This document shows positions 1 through 8,106 of a DNA stretch of 64,000 nucleotides, in pieces (the stretch's first letter is position 1; each line of letters starts with the position of its first letter). Origin of the DNA: an uncultured Thermodesulfobacteriota bacterium (lineage in GTDB: Bacteria; Desulfobacterota; DSWW01; CAZFWM01). The stretch spans positions 3,729 to 67,728 of the forward strand of contig CAZFWM010000003.1 of NCBI GenBank assembly GCA_964522545.1, read 5' to 3'. Under the pieces are notes generated by a model. The model made no database searches. It was not told the origin of the DNA and saw only the letters and a program-made list of their open reading frames with translations. Both the position numbers and the translations under genes were made by a program.

Positions 1-2
1 TC

Positions 3-2042
3 GAGGTCGACATGTTTCCCGATGTCGACTGGGACTACATTTACATCGATGCGGAGGCCCCCACCGGTACGGATGTGGACGTGACCGACAGTATTGCGCG
101 GCAGGTCGAGGAGGTGATCAGGGCCAACGTTCCCGAGGCGGTCCGGGTCGTGACCAGCGTCGGACGGAGGGGGGCGAGTGCCTACGAGGTCTTTGTCACA
201 GAGGCGATATACCCGCATTACGCAGAGGTGGTGGTGGAGCTCCTTGACGCCAAAGAGCACCGCAGGCCCAAGCACACGGAGATCATGAAGCGGATCAGGC
301 CCTACCTGGACGCCATACCGGGGGCCGAAATCAGCTTCCGGCCGGTCGAGTGGGGCCCGCCCAAGGATGCGCCCATCGCGGTCAAGATCGTCGGTGATGA
401 TATCCCGACGCTGCGGCGGATCTCCCAGATGGTGATACGAGAGCTGGAGGATATCGAGGGGAGCGCCGAGATCAAGGACGATTTTTCGGATGCCACCCCT
501 GAGCTGAGGCTCCACATCGACCGGGAAAAAGCCTCTTCACTCGGTGTTAGCCTCCAGTCGGCGGTGATGACCCTGCGGGCGGCCTTTGCCGGTTACGAGG
601 CCGTGGAGTTCCGCGACGAGGCCCATGAGAACGATGCATACGATGTGATCGTCCGGTACGACCGGTCCTATCGTCGCAGCATAGAGGACGTTAGCAGGCT
701 CAAGGTCCGTTCTCTTGCCGGGGAGCTGGTGCCGCTGCGCTCCCTGGTCGAGATGGAAACGGCCCAGGGACTCCACCGGATCCGGCGTATCGATCTGGAG
801 CGGGTGGTCCGAGTCACGGCCCAGAACAGGGGCCGCAGTGCCGTGGAGATCACCGAGGAACTCAGGGAACGGCTGGAGCGGAAGGTCGATCTTCCCGAGG
901 GATACCGGTTCAGCTACGCCGGGGACTTCGAGCAGACCGAGGAGTCCTTCGAGAGCCTGAAGGTGGCGTATATGGTGGCCTTCATCCTGATCCTGGCGAT
1001 TCTCGTCTCTCAGTTCAACAGCTTCATCCAGCCCTTTGCGATCCTCACCACGCTGCCCCTATCGCTAGTGGGCGCCATGATCGGGCTCTGGGTGACCGGA
1101 AACTCTTTTACCATCATGTCCTTCATCGGACTGGTCGGCCTGTCCGGGATCGTGGTGAACGGGGCGATCGTGTTGGTTGACTGGATCAACAATCGGCGTC
1201 AGGCGGGCGTGGAGATCGTGGATGCCATCGTCCAGGCCGGCCGCGACCGGCTCAGGCCGATCATGTCGACCACGGTGACCACCATAGGCGGGCTTCTCAC
1301 CCTCACCATCACCGATGAGCTGTGGGAGGGGCTCGGGGTGGTGATCATCTTCGGAATCGCCTTTGCCACTTTGCTCACCCTCGTGATGGTCCCGGTGATT
1401 TACTACATCCTCGAGGGGCTCGGCCAGCGGATGCGGGCGGCTGTCAAGCCGCCGGACGTGTTTCGGGAGTTCAGGCCGGGCATGTATTCGTGGAGCAGGC
1501 GACGATGGGTAAAACCTGTGGCCGCGATCGTGCTCGTCGGTCAGGTAGTGCTTCTCGCCTTCGGTGTTTCCGGATGGATATGGCCGATGGCGGTCGAGCG
1601 CTTCTCCACACCGATCCTGGCCTCTTCGGCGCTGAAACTCTTCCTCGAGGTGGGGATCAAGTACGCCATTTTCGCCATCAATGTGGCGGTGAAGCTGGTG
1701 GCCCTGCTAACTCCTTCCTGGTTGCTGCTGGCCTGGGTGGCCGCACGTCGGGGCGCCGAGCGAGAGTACCTCGTTGTCGGAGAGGAGGCTCTCACGATTC
1801 ATCGATTCGACGGGGCTTTGCGGCTGCCCTGGAGCCAGGTGGATTCGGTCAAAGCTGCCCGCTGGAGTAATCGGATCGTTATCTGGAGCGGGCGGCGGAG
1901 GCTCGTGGTCGGCCCACTTCTGAAGGGGCCGCCCGAGACCGGCCAGTCGCTCGCGCAATGGGTCAAGGCCGCGGCACCGCCTAGCGGGAAATTAAAGTCC
2001 GCAGTGGAGTCGTGCCTCTGGAAGATAGAGAGTAAGCAATAG
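3..2042 (+). CDS. RND (AcrB/HAE1-type) efflux permease, C-terminal part. The 5' end lies outside the window. It carries an extra C-terminal extension of about 200 aa.
   Basis: The frame is open to the window edge. It has a porter-domain-like soluble block followed by a TM7-12-like hydrophobic block (FNSFIQPFAILTTLPLSLVGA, GLSGIVVNGAIVLVD, VMVPVIYYIL). The extension adds three more hydrophobic helices and a small soluble tail. Confidence 0.8.
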   Translation, partial: EVDMFPDVDWDYIYIDAEAPTGTDVDVTDSIARQVEEVIRANVPEAVRVVTSVGRRGASAYEVFVTEAIYPHYAEVVVELLDAKEHRRPKHTEIMKRIRPYLDAIPGAEISFRPVEWGPPKDAPIAVKIVGDDIPTLRRISQMVIRELEDIEGSAEIKDDFSDATPELRLHIDREKASSLGVSLQSAVMTLRAAFAGYEAVEFRDEAHENDAYDVIVRYDRSYRRSIEDVSRLKVRSLAGELVPLRSLVEMETAQGLHRIRRIDLERVVRVTAQNRGRSAVEITEELRERLERKVDLPEGYRFSYAGDFEQTEESFESLKVAYMVAFILILAILVSQFNSFIQPFAILTTLPLSLVGAMIGLWVTGNSFTIMSFIGLVGLSGIVVNGAIVLVDWINNRRQAGVEIVDAIVQAGRDRLRPIMSTTVTTIGGLLTLTITDELWEGLGVVIIFGIAFATLLTLVMVPVIYYILEGLGQRMRAAVKPPDVFREFRPGMYSWSRRRWVKPVAAIVLVGQVVLLAFGVSGWIWPMAVERFSTPILASSALKLFLEVGIKYAIFAINVAVKLVALLTPSWLLLAWVAARRGAEREYLVVGEEALTIHRFDGALRLPWSQVDSVKAARWSNRIVIWSGRRRLVVGPLLKGPPETGQSLAQWVKAAAPPSGKLKSAVESCLWKIESKQ

Positions 2043-2069
2043 GGCGGGCCGTGCCCGCCGCATCTTTCT
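2043..2069 (+). terminator. Hairpin after the RND gene (GGCGGGC-cgt-GCCCGCC) with a weak T-rich tail
   Basis: A 7-bp GC stem starts 1 nt after the stop. The tail gcatctttct is only moderately U-rich. Confidence 0.45.
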
Positions 2070-2093
2070 AATCATTATTTTAAAGGTGAAACC

Positions 2094-2798
2094 ATGGCAA
2101 AATTCGTCATTCTAATCGAAGGGAATATTTGCGCGGGCAAGACGACGCTCGTAAAATACATCAATGAAAACCGGGACAGATTTGATGAGTTTCTGGATGA
2201 AGGCCAAGAGGTCAAGACCATCGTCGAGTTCATTGACCAGTCGTGGCTCCAGCTCTTTTACCAGGACAGGAAAAAATACTCGTCGTGGTTCGAAGAAAGC
2301 TGTCTTATCGGGCGCATAGGGAGGCACTTCGTCGCAAAGGCCCATGAAGGAGTCGTCTTTTTCGACAGGGGCATGCTCGGCGGGGCCATGACCTTTTGCA
2401 AGAACTCTTTCGATGAGGGCTATTTGCGATACGATCAATGGAGCGAGTATCAACAGATGCTGAGGAGCGGCCTCGATGATCTCGATCGCTCCGAGCAGAA
2501 CCAGTGGCTCGAGCAGCTCCTCGTCTACTTGAGGATAGAAGATATCGATAAGCTCAAGAAAAGAAACGAAATTCGAAACACCGAGGGCGAAACCATTCCG
2601 ACAGAATATCTCATCCGGATCAATTCATTGTACGACCGATTCATAGACAATATAGAAGAGATATATGACGGCTACGGTCTTGCCCCGCCGAATGTACTGA
2701 CCTTTGATGCCTCTGTCGAATTCCTGCAGGATGGGTCCTACCTTACATATATATTGGATTCGGTCATCAACAATATCCGGAGGAGGATTTCAAATTGA
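2094..2798 (+). CDS. Deoxynucleoside kinase family protein (dNK paralogue 1)
   Basis: P-loop IEGNICAGKTT. dNK-like motifs VEFIDQSW, FDRGMLGG, and a LID-like KKRNEIRNTEGE followed by YL..L..Y. The RBS is aaaggtg. The DNA is AT-richer than the surrounding sequence. Confidence 0.75.
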   Translation: MAKFVILIEGNICAGKTTLVKYINENRDRFDEFLDEGQEVKTIVEFIDQSWLQLFYQDRKKYSSWFEESCLIGRIGRHFVAKAHEGVVFFDRGMLGGAMTFCKNSFDEGYLRYDQWSEYQQMLRSGLDDLDRSEQNQWLEQLLVYLRIEDIDKLKKRNEIRNTEGETIPTEYLIRINSLYDRFIDNIEEIYDGYGLAPPNVLTFDASVEFLQDGSYLTYILDSVINNIRRRISN

Positions 2799-3619
2799 AT
2801 ACGGATGAGCGAATTGACAGCAAAGTGGCAGAAATTATTGATGAAATAAAACCGATGGATGAAAAGGAGGCGTTGAAGCGTATCTGGGACGAGGCCGAGG
2901 ACCTTCAGGAAGTGCTGAACAGAGACCGTGTCGTAATCATGGTGGCGGGAAATATAGGCCTCGGGAAGACGACGACGGCGAAGATAGTCAGTACATTCGG
3001 CAAGATAGCTATCGATATGGAAGATGTCGACAAAGAGATCCTGAAAATGTACTACGACGACATGCAGCTCTTTGCCGAACGACTTCAGATCGATTTGATC
3101 GCACAGCGATTGAATCAAATGATATTTAGCAGTCTGATCTATCCTCGAACTTCCATCATTTTTGACAGAACTCCTTATGAGGACCCTCTGATCTTTGCTG
3201 CCGCCCTGCATCATTATGATCAGATGAGCAAGGACAGCCTCGATTTTTGTAATGACTATTTTTTGATCAAGAAGCGGGAGCTGGCAAAGCGATTTCCTGC
3301 CGCTAAATTAGAGCCGGACCTTCTCATCCTGTTGAAAGCCAATCTCGAAAACGGTTGGAAAAGGGTTCATTTCAGGCAGAGAGCCATGGAGCTCAAGGCG
3401 GATACCCATAAAGGGCATGGTCTGACCATGGAGTTCTACACGTTGCTCAATGAATACTACAAGAAGTTTTCCTATGAATTGAGAGAGAGAAACTGGTACA
3501 GAGGCCCTATACTTATTCTCGAAGAAGATGAGCTGGAGGTTGCCGACGTAACCAACACGAAAGGCCAGCTGTACGTGATAAAGAGTGTAAAGGAGGCGCT
3601 GAAGATAATCTGTTCGTAG
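2795..3619 (+). CDS. Deoxynucleoside kinase family protein (dNK paralogue 2, with an N-terminal extension of about 45 aa)
   Basis: P-loop VAGNIGLGKTT and the motif FDRTPYEDPLIF. The TTG start overlaps the upstream stop (TTGA at 2795-2798). AGGAGG lies 9 nt upstream. Confidence 0.7.
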   Translation: MNTDERIDSKVAEIIDEIKPMDEKEALKRIWDEAEDLQEVLNRDRVVIMVAGNIGLGKTTTAKIVSTFGKIAIDMEDVDKEILKMYYDDMQLFAERLQIDLIAQRLNQMIFSSLIYPRTSIIFDRTPYEDPLIFAAALHHYDQMSKDSLDFCNDYFLIKKRELAKRFPAAKLEPDLLILLKANLENGWKRVHFRQRAMELKADTHKGHGLTMEFYTLLNEYYKKFSYELRERNWYRGPILILEEDELEVADVTNTKGQLYVIKSVKEALKIICS

Positions 3620-3620
3620 T

Positions 3621-3680
3621 CATTCTATAGGAAATCCGCTCAATTACACCATAGGAACCCATTTGATTTCCAATAGAATG
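3621..3680. repeat. Inverted repeat CATTCTATAGGAAATC / GATTTCCAATAGAATG directly after the dNK-2 stop
   Basis: 16-nt arms with a 28-nt loop. The ATAGGAAAT motif recurs at about 19087, 27612 and 32287. Confidence 0.7.
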
Positions 3681-3745
3681 ACAGGATAAGAAAGCTTCGC
3701 TTTCTTATGAGTAGAATTTTAACGCGGCGGAGCCGCGACCGAATC

Positions 3746-3866
3746 GCATAAGAAAAGGAGATGAGGGGATAGGGTGAGATAGGGAGATAATGGATATGAA
3801 TTGAACAATTCAATCTCTAATGAATCCCCCCGATCCCCTTTATCTCCATATCCCCTTTTCTTTTGC
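3746..3866. repeat. Word-built imperfect palindrome (GGGATAG/GAGATAG-type words)
   Basis: The left arm aagaaaaggagatgaggggatagggtgagatagggagat is mirrored by gatcccctttatctccatatccccttttctttt. Confidence 0.6.
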
Positions 3867-3935
3867 GAACATTTCTCCAACATCTACGAAAAAACGTAGA
3901 TGTTATGATAAAAGGCTTGAAGTAAAAGAAATCTC

Positions 3936-3970
3936 AAAATAAAGCGGGGATACGGCATGCCGTGCCCCGT
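3936..3970 (-). terminator. Rho-independent terminator of the CooT-like gene
   Basis: On the minus strand: ACGGGGCACGGCATGCCGTATCCCCGC followed by TTTATTTT, starting directly after the stop at 3972. Confidence 0.7.
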
Positions 3971-3971
3971 A

Positions 3972-4160
3972 TTATTTTGAGATAAGAATAATTTTGTGCT
4001 CCAGGAGATTGATCTCTCTGATCTCGGCACGCAAGGTCTTTTCCTCTCCAAAGATATTGCGGAGCCTCAGCATCTCCTCCTCGGGCCGGATGAAGGCCAC
4101 ATCCTCGAGCACCAGCTGTTCCTTATCGCCATCCACCAGAAACGCGTTCGATTCACACAT
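3972..4160 (-). CDS. CooT-family small nickel-binding protein (often annotated as a predicted RNA-binding protein)
   Basis: 62 aa. It starts MCESNAFL with Cys2 and shows the pattern ..VLEDV..I.PE...L.L.NIFGE.KT..A.I.EINL..HKIIL, which matches the CooT family as I remember it. Confidence 0.7.
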   Translation of the reverse strand: MCESNAFLVDGDKEQLVLEDVAFIRPEEEMLRLRNIFGEEKTLRAEIREINLLEHKIILISK

Positions 4161-4351
4161 GGAAACTCCTCACTATGTTTAGGTCTATCTTATTGTATGA
4201 GTTCTCTCAAAGAGGCGTCAATGGGAGACAGAGATTTTACAAGAAAATTTCCAATTGCGATCCTCCAACGGTTGCGGGTTCCCCGGTAAATGTAGTAAAA
4301 TAACCATAAGGTTCAAAGGATCCAAAAGAGAAAAAGAAGGAACAAAGAGTA

Positions 4352-5452
4352 GTGAAAATGAATTTGATTGGTAGAGTCACGCTCCCTACCCTTTTCCTGA
4401 TGGTCACCCTTTTTTCCGGACAAGCCCTCGGCGGAGTAATTCACCATGCGGAGGAGCCCCTGGAATGCTGGGACTACGATGGCGACGGCTTTCAGGACGA
4501 GGTCTGCGGCGGCACCGATTGCGACGACGGCAATCCCTACATAAACCCGTGCTCCCCCGAAGTCCCTTTAGACTGCGGTGACGGGATCGATCAGGACTGC
4601 ACCGGCATAAACGAGTTTCTCGAGGTGATCCTGGGTGTTCCCTTTGGCGACAATGACCTCGATTGCGGTGGGAGAAGTGAGATCGAGCCCAATGATGACC
4701 TAGAAGCCGGAGTTACCCATAATCTCGGCACCCTGTCCGAGGGGGTCCTCACGGTCTATGGTGAGCTCGACTCCGTGGGCTATGGTCCCTCCTTCTATAC
4801 GGGTGACCATGACTACTACAACTTCGAGATGCCGATGGAAGGGGTCATCTTCATTCAGATGATGTTCGACTGCTACAGCGACTACGACCTCTACCTGTTC
4901 GCCTATTATGATCCTGACGGGCTGGAGACAGCCTATAAGCTCGATTGGTACATCATTGCCGCAGACGCCTTGATATTCGTGCCTGAGATCGTGGGGTACG
5001 GGCTGGTCGAGGGAGGCGGGTGGAGCTTTCCGCTTCAACTGGCGGCCCTGGCGGTCGGTTACGATGGCTCCCCGGGCTACTACTATCTGGAAATCTACTA
5101 TGACTCGGCGTGCGCTGACTCCGACGGCGATGGATACTCAGGCGCCCGCGACCCTAATTTCGATCCGCTCTACGGCTTTTACGGGGCCTGCTATGACGAC
5201 TGCCTCGACACCAATCCGGCGGTCAATCCGGGGGCCAGAGAGGGGCCATTGGGCAGCCCGACCTGCGCCGACGGTCTCGATAACGACTGCGATGGTCTCG
5301 TCGATGCGATCGACACTCTAGACTGCTGGGATTATCCCGCTATCTGCGAAGTCCGGATCGTTCCCATCTCACACAGCCCGGGCCTTTTCTTCCTGATCCC
5401 GGTTTTTGCCTTGATCCTCGCCGGCCTGAAACCCCTGCGAAAAAAATCTTAA
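4352..5452 (+). CDS. Secreted Cys/Asp-rich protein with MopE-like putative metal-binding motifs, a central pre-peptidase-C-terminal (PPC)-like domain, and a C-terminal hydrophobic anchor
   Basis: N-terminal signal peptide. Repeated DGDG..DCDD.NP.I.P...E..DG.D.DC(D/T)G motifs. An EIEPNDD...DHDYYNF...DYDLYLF block resembles PPC. The tail is LFFLIPVFALILAGLKPLRKKS. The start could be GTG at 4352 or ATG at 4358. Confidence 0.6.
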   Translation: MKMNLIGRVTLPTLFLMVTLFSGQALGGVIHHAEEPLECWDYDGDGFQDEVCGGTDCDDGNPYINPCSPEVPLDCGDGIDQDCTGINEFLEVILGVPFGDNDLDCGGRSEIEPNDDLEAGVTHNLGTLSEGVLTVYGELDSVGYGPSFYTGDHDYYNFEMPMEGVIFIQMMFDCYSDYDLYLFAYYDPDGLETAYKLDWYIIAADALIFVPEIVGYGLVEGGGWSFPLQLAALAVGYDGSPGYYYLEIYYDSACADSDGDGYSGARDPNFDPLYGFYGACYDDCLDTNPAVNPGAREGPLGSPTCADGLDNDCDGLVDAIDTLDCWDYPAICEVRIVPISHSPGLFFLIPVFALILAGLKPLRKKS

Positions 5453-5529
5453 GTGAAGCATCGTAAGGCATTTCAAATCAATCGAACTGAACGGATCGTT
5501 CATGTTCATGCTAGTGGAGGGGAGAAACA

Positions 5530-7047
5530 ATGGGCGTGAAGGTGGGATTTGATAACGAGAAATACCTGACGGAACAGACGTCGGCCATCCTGGAGAGAGC
5601 GAAGCAGTTCAATAATAAATTGTACCTCGAGTTCGGCGGAAAGCTCCTCTTCGATTATCACGCATCGAGGGTCCTGCCGGGGTTTGCCCCCAATGTGAAA
5701 ATGAAACTTTTACAAAAATTAAAGGATAATGCCGATATTTTGCTCTGTATTTACGCAGGCGACATCGAAAGGAAAAAGATTAGGGCCGATTTCGGGATCA
5801 CCTATGATTCGGACGCCCTCAAGCTGATAGACGATTTAAGGGCCTGGGACATCGATGTGCTGGGGGTGGTCATAACCCGGTTTGAAGATCAGCCGTCGGC
5901 CAAGTTGTTCAAGACCCGGCTGGAACGCAGAAATGTAAAAGTCTACACGCACCACTACACGAAAGGCTATCCGACGGACGTGGATCTGATCGTGAGTGAT
6001 GAGGGCTACGGGGCCAATGATTTCATCGAGACCGATAAAAAACTGGTGGTTGTCACCGGCCCCGGTCCGGGCAGCGGCAAATTGGCCACATGCCTTTCCC
6101 AGCTGTATCATGATCATAAAAGGGGAACAGAGTCCGGCTACGCCAAGTTCGAAACCTTCCCGATATGGAATTTGCCGCTCAAGCATCCGGTAAATATGGC
6201 GTACGAGGCGGCCACGGCCGATATCAAGGATTTCAATCTGATCGATCCTTTTCACCTGGAGTCGTACGAAAAATCAGCCGTCAACTACAACCGCGACGTG
6301 GAGATATTTCCCGTATTGAAAAGAATACTGGAGAGAATTACCGGCGGCAGGACGCTCTACCAGTCTCCGACGGACATGGGGGTAAATCGGGCCGGGTTCG
6401 GGATTGTTGACGATGAGGTCGTCCGTGAGGCGGCGAAGCAGGAAATCATACGGAGATATTTCCGATACAGGTGTGAATATCTGATGGGGCTTGTAGACAA
6501 GGATACTATACAGAGGGTGGAGCGTCTTCTGGAGGAACTCAACGTCAAGCCGGAAGAGAGAAAGATTGTCGTGCCTGCGCGAGAAGCGGCGGTCGAAGCG
6601 GAGGAGAAGCAAAAAGGAAATGAGGGGATTTTTTGTGGCGCGGCGATCCAATTAGTAAACGGAACCATTGTGAATGGCAAGAATTCTCACCTCATGCATG
6701 CGGCATCGAGCCTCATCTTGAATGCCATCAAAGAGGCTGCCGATATACCCGACAAGATCCACCTGCTGTCGCCAAATATAATAGAGTCGATAGGATCTCT
6801 GAAAAAAAACACGTTGAACAAAAACTCGGTGAGTCTGGACCTGGAAGAGACTCTGATCGCTCTCAGTATAAGCGCGACGACCAACCCCACCGCCCAGCTG
6901 GCCATGGATAAATTGAAAGAGCTAAGAGGATGTGAGGTCCATATGACCCACATGCCCACGCCCGGTGACGAGACGGGCTTGAGAAGGCTGGGTGTGAATT
7001 TGACGACCGACCCCAATTTTTCCACCAAAAGTCTCTTTGTGTCCTGA
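5530..7047 (+). CDS. DUF1846 / UPF0371 family protein
   Basis: 505 aa. The N-terminus [10 protein letters not shown]...I..R......[19 protein letters not shown] is characteristic of UPF0371. RBS ggagggg. Confidence 0.75.
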   Translation: MGVKVGFDNEKYLTEQTSAILERAKQFNNKLYLEFGGKLLFDYHASRVLPGFAPNVKMKLLQKLKDNADILLCIYAGDIERKKIRADFGITYDSDALKLIDDLRAWDIDVLGVVITRFEDQPSAKLFKTRLERRNVKVYTHHYTKGYPTDVDLIVSDEGYGANDFIETDKKLVVVTGPGPGSGKLATCLSQLYHDHKRGTESGYAKFETFPIWNLPLKHPVNMAYEAATADIKDFNLIDPFHLESYEKSAVNYNRDVEIFPVLKRILERITGGRTLYQSPTDMGVNRAGFGIVDDEVVREAAKQEIIRRYFRYRCEYLMGLVDKDTIQRVERLLEELNVKPEERKIVVPAREAAVEAEEKQKGNEGIFCGAAIQLVNGTIVNGKNSHLMHAASSLILNAIKEAADIPDKIHLLSPNIIESIGSLKKNTLNKNSVSLDLEETLIALSISATTNPTAQLAMDKLKELRGCEVHMTHMPTPGDETGLRRLGVNLTTDPNFSTKSLFVS

Positions 7048-7067
7048 TTCCTACAGCCAATTCCATC

Positions 7068-7098
7068 AAAAAAAAGGCCCCGGCACAAGACCGGGGCC
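7068..7098 (-). terminator. Rho-independent terminator of cspA (the stem also lies downstream of the convergent DUF1846 gene)
   Basis: GGCCCCGG-cacaaga-CCGGGGCC at 7076-7098, with an A8 run at 7068-7075, which reads as a U8 tail on the minus strand. Confidence 0.8.
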
Positions 7099-7122
7099 TA
7101 AGAGGTCAATCAATAAGATGGG

Positions 7123-7326
7123 CTAGAATACGCGCACCTTTGTCGCTTCAGGACCTTTCCTCCCCTGGCCTTCTTCGTACTCGACCGTGTCACCATCCTG
7201 AAGAGACTTGAAGCCTTCTCCATCGATATTCGAATGATGGATAAACAGATCATCTCCGCCATCGTCGGGAGCGATAAATCCGTAGCCCTTCTTGTCATCG
7301 AACCACTTTACTGTACCTCTTGGCAT
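7123..7326 (-). CDS. cspA: Cold-shock protein (CspA family)
   Basis: 67 aa. [15 protein letters not shown] (RNP1) and DLFIHHS (RNP2-like). RBS GGAGGAAAG. Confidence 0.95.
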   Translation of the reverse strand: MPRGTVKWFDDKKGYGFIAPDDGGDDLFIHHSNIDGEGFKSLQDGDTVEYEEGQGRKGPEATKVRVF

Positions 7327-7433
7327 AAACTTTCCTCCATTGCGAGGCTTCTCTTAAAGAGAGCCTCAAAACTGCCCTCGTCTTAGAAAAAGAATGTACC
7401 CCTGAGGGAAAAAAGTACATTCAAAAAGCGTAA
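7327..7433 (-). promoter_or_regulatory. Long structured cspA 5'UTR
   Basis: Two hairpins in RNA sense: GAAUGUAC...GUACAUUC (7392-7422) and GAGGCUCUCUUUAAGAGAAGCCUC (7344-7367). The second ends about 15 nt before the SD GGAGG (7333-7337). Confidence 0.45.
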
Positions 7434-7440
7434 CTCATTA

Positions 7441-7469
7441 ATTTAATCAGAGTTGGTAATAAAAGTCAA
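7441..7469 (-). promoter_or_regulatory. Candidate sigma70-type promoter of cspA
   Basis: Minus strand: TTGACT, 17 nt, then TTAAAT. It would give a 5'UTR of about 105 nt. Confidence 0.5.
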
Positions 7470-7617
7470 CATGCTCTGAGAAAATAATATTTACCCCTGA
7501 ATTTTTCGGGATGAAAATCTCACCTAGGGTTTTTGCGCTTCGCTACGGTTCCTACTGCATTTATCGGATTGCATAACCAACAGAGCGTATCGTGTTTGGG
7601 CAAGGTCAAGACTCTTC

Positions 7618-7684
7618 AACGGAGGGCGGACATTCCTGTCCGCCATTTCCAAGAGAAGGCGGGTTGGAAAACCCGCCCTCCGTT
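7618..7684. repeat. Twin-hairpin module E1
   Basis: Outer stem AACGGAGG/CCTCCGTT encloses GGCGGACA-ttcc-TGTCCGCC and GGCGGGTT-ggaa-AACCCGCC. It lies just downstream of argR and probably also acts as its terminator (T-rich tail on the minus strand). Confidence 0.75.
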
Positions 7685-7686
7685 TT

Positions 7687-8106
7687 CTAGCCGAGTTTTT
7701 CTTTTATCAGGTCCTGGGATTTTTTGTCTTTGCAGGCGATGAAGACGGTGTCGTCGCCGGCCACGGTGCCGACCAGCCCCTGTATATCTGTGTGATCGAG
7801 GGCCACGGCCACGCGTTGTGCGCCGCCGGGGGGTGTTTTCAGAACGAGCAGGTTCGGTCCGGCGGGCTGCATGTCGAGTATGAGTGGGAGCACTTCGGAC
7901 CATGAGGGGACGACTTCCCAGGCCGGGATGTAGCGGCCCCCCGCCTTGTAGAGGCCGAGAGCGGTAATGTCGCGGGAAACGGATGACTGGGTGACCTGGA
8001 AGTTTTCCTTTTTCAGCAGTTCGACCAGGGTCCTCTGGTCGGAGATCGGGTTTTTTCGAACCATCTCCAGTATTCGTCTTCTTCTGAGAGCGGTCTTCGA
8101 GTTCAT
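7687..8106 (-). CDS. argR: Arginine repressor ArgR
   Basis: Winged-helix N-terminus (RRRRILEMVRKNPISDQRTLVELL...VTQSSVSRDI) and a C-terminal GTVAGDDTVF motif. I chose the ATG at 8106 because it forms an ATGA overlap with the argH stop. The longer track ORF is an upstream extension. Confidence 0.9.
   Translation of the reverse strand: MNSKTALRRRRILEMVRKNPISDQRTLVELLKKENFQVTQSSVSRDITALGLYKAGGRYIPAWEVVPSWSEVLPLILDMQPAGPNLLVLKTPPGGAQRVAVALDHTDIQGLVGTVAGDDTVFIACKDKKSQDLIKEKLG

Noticed and set aside
2094-7326. The AT-richer left block (dNK pair, CooT-like gene, secreted protein, DUF1846, cspA) as a mobile or defence island.
   Set aside because: I saw no integrase, transposase, tRNA attachment site, direct flanking repeats or recognisable defence domains. 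The genes have ordinary housekeeping or salvage functions. I kept only a note on compositional oddity under the dNK finding.
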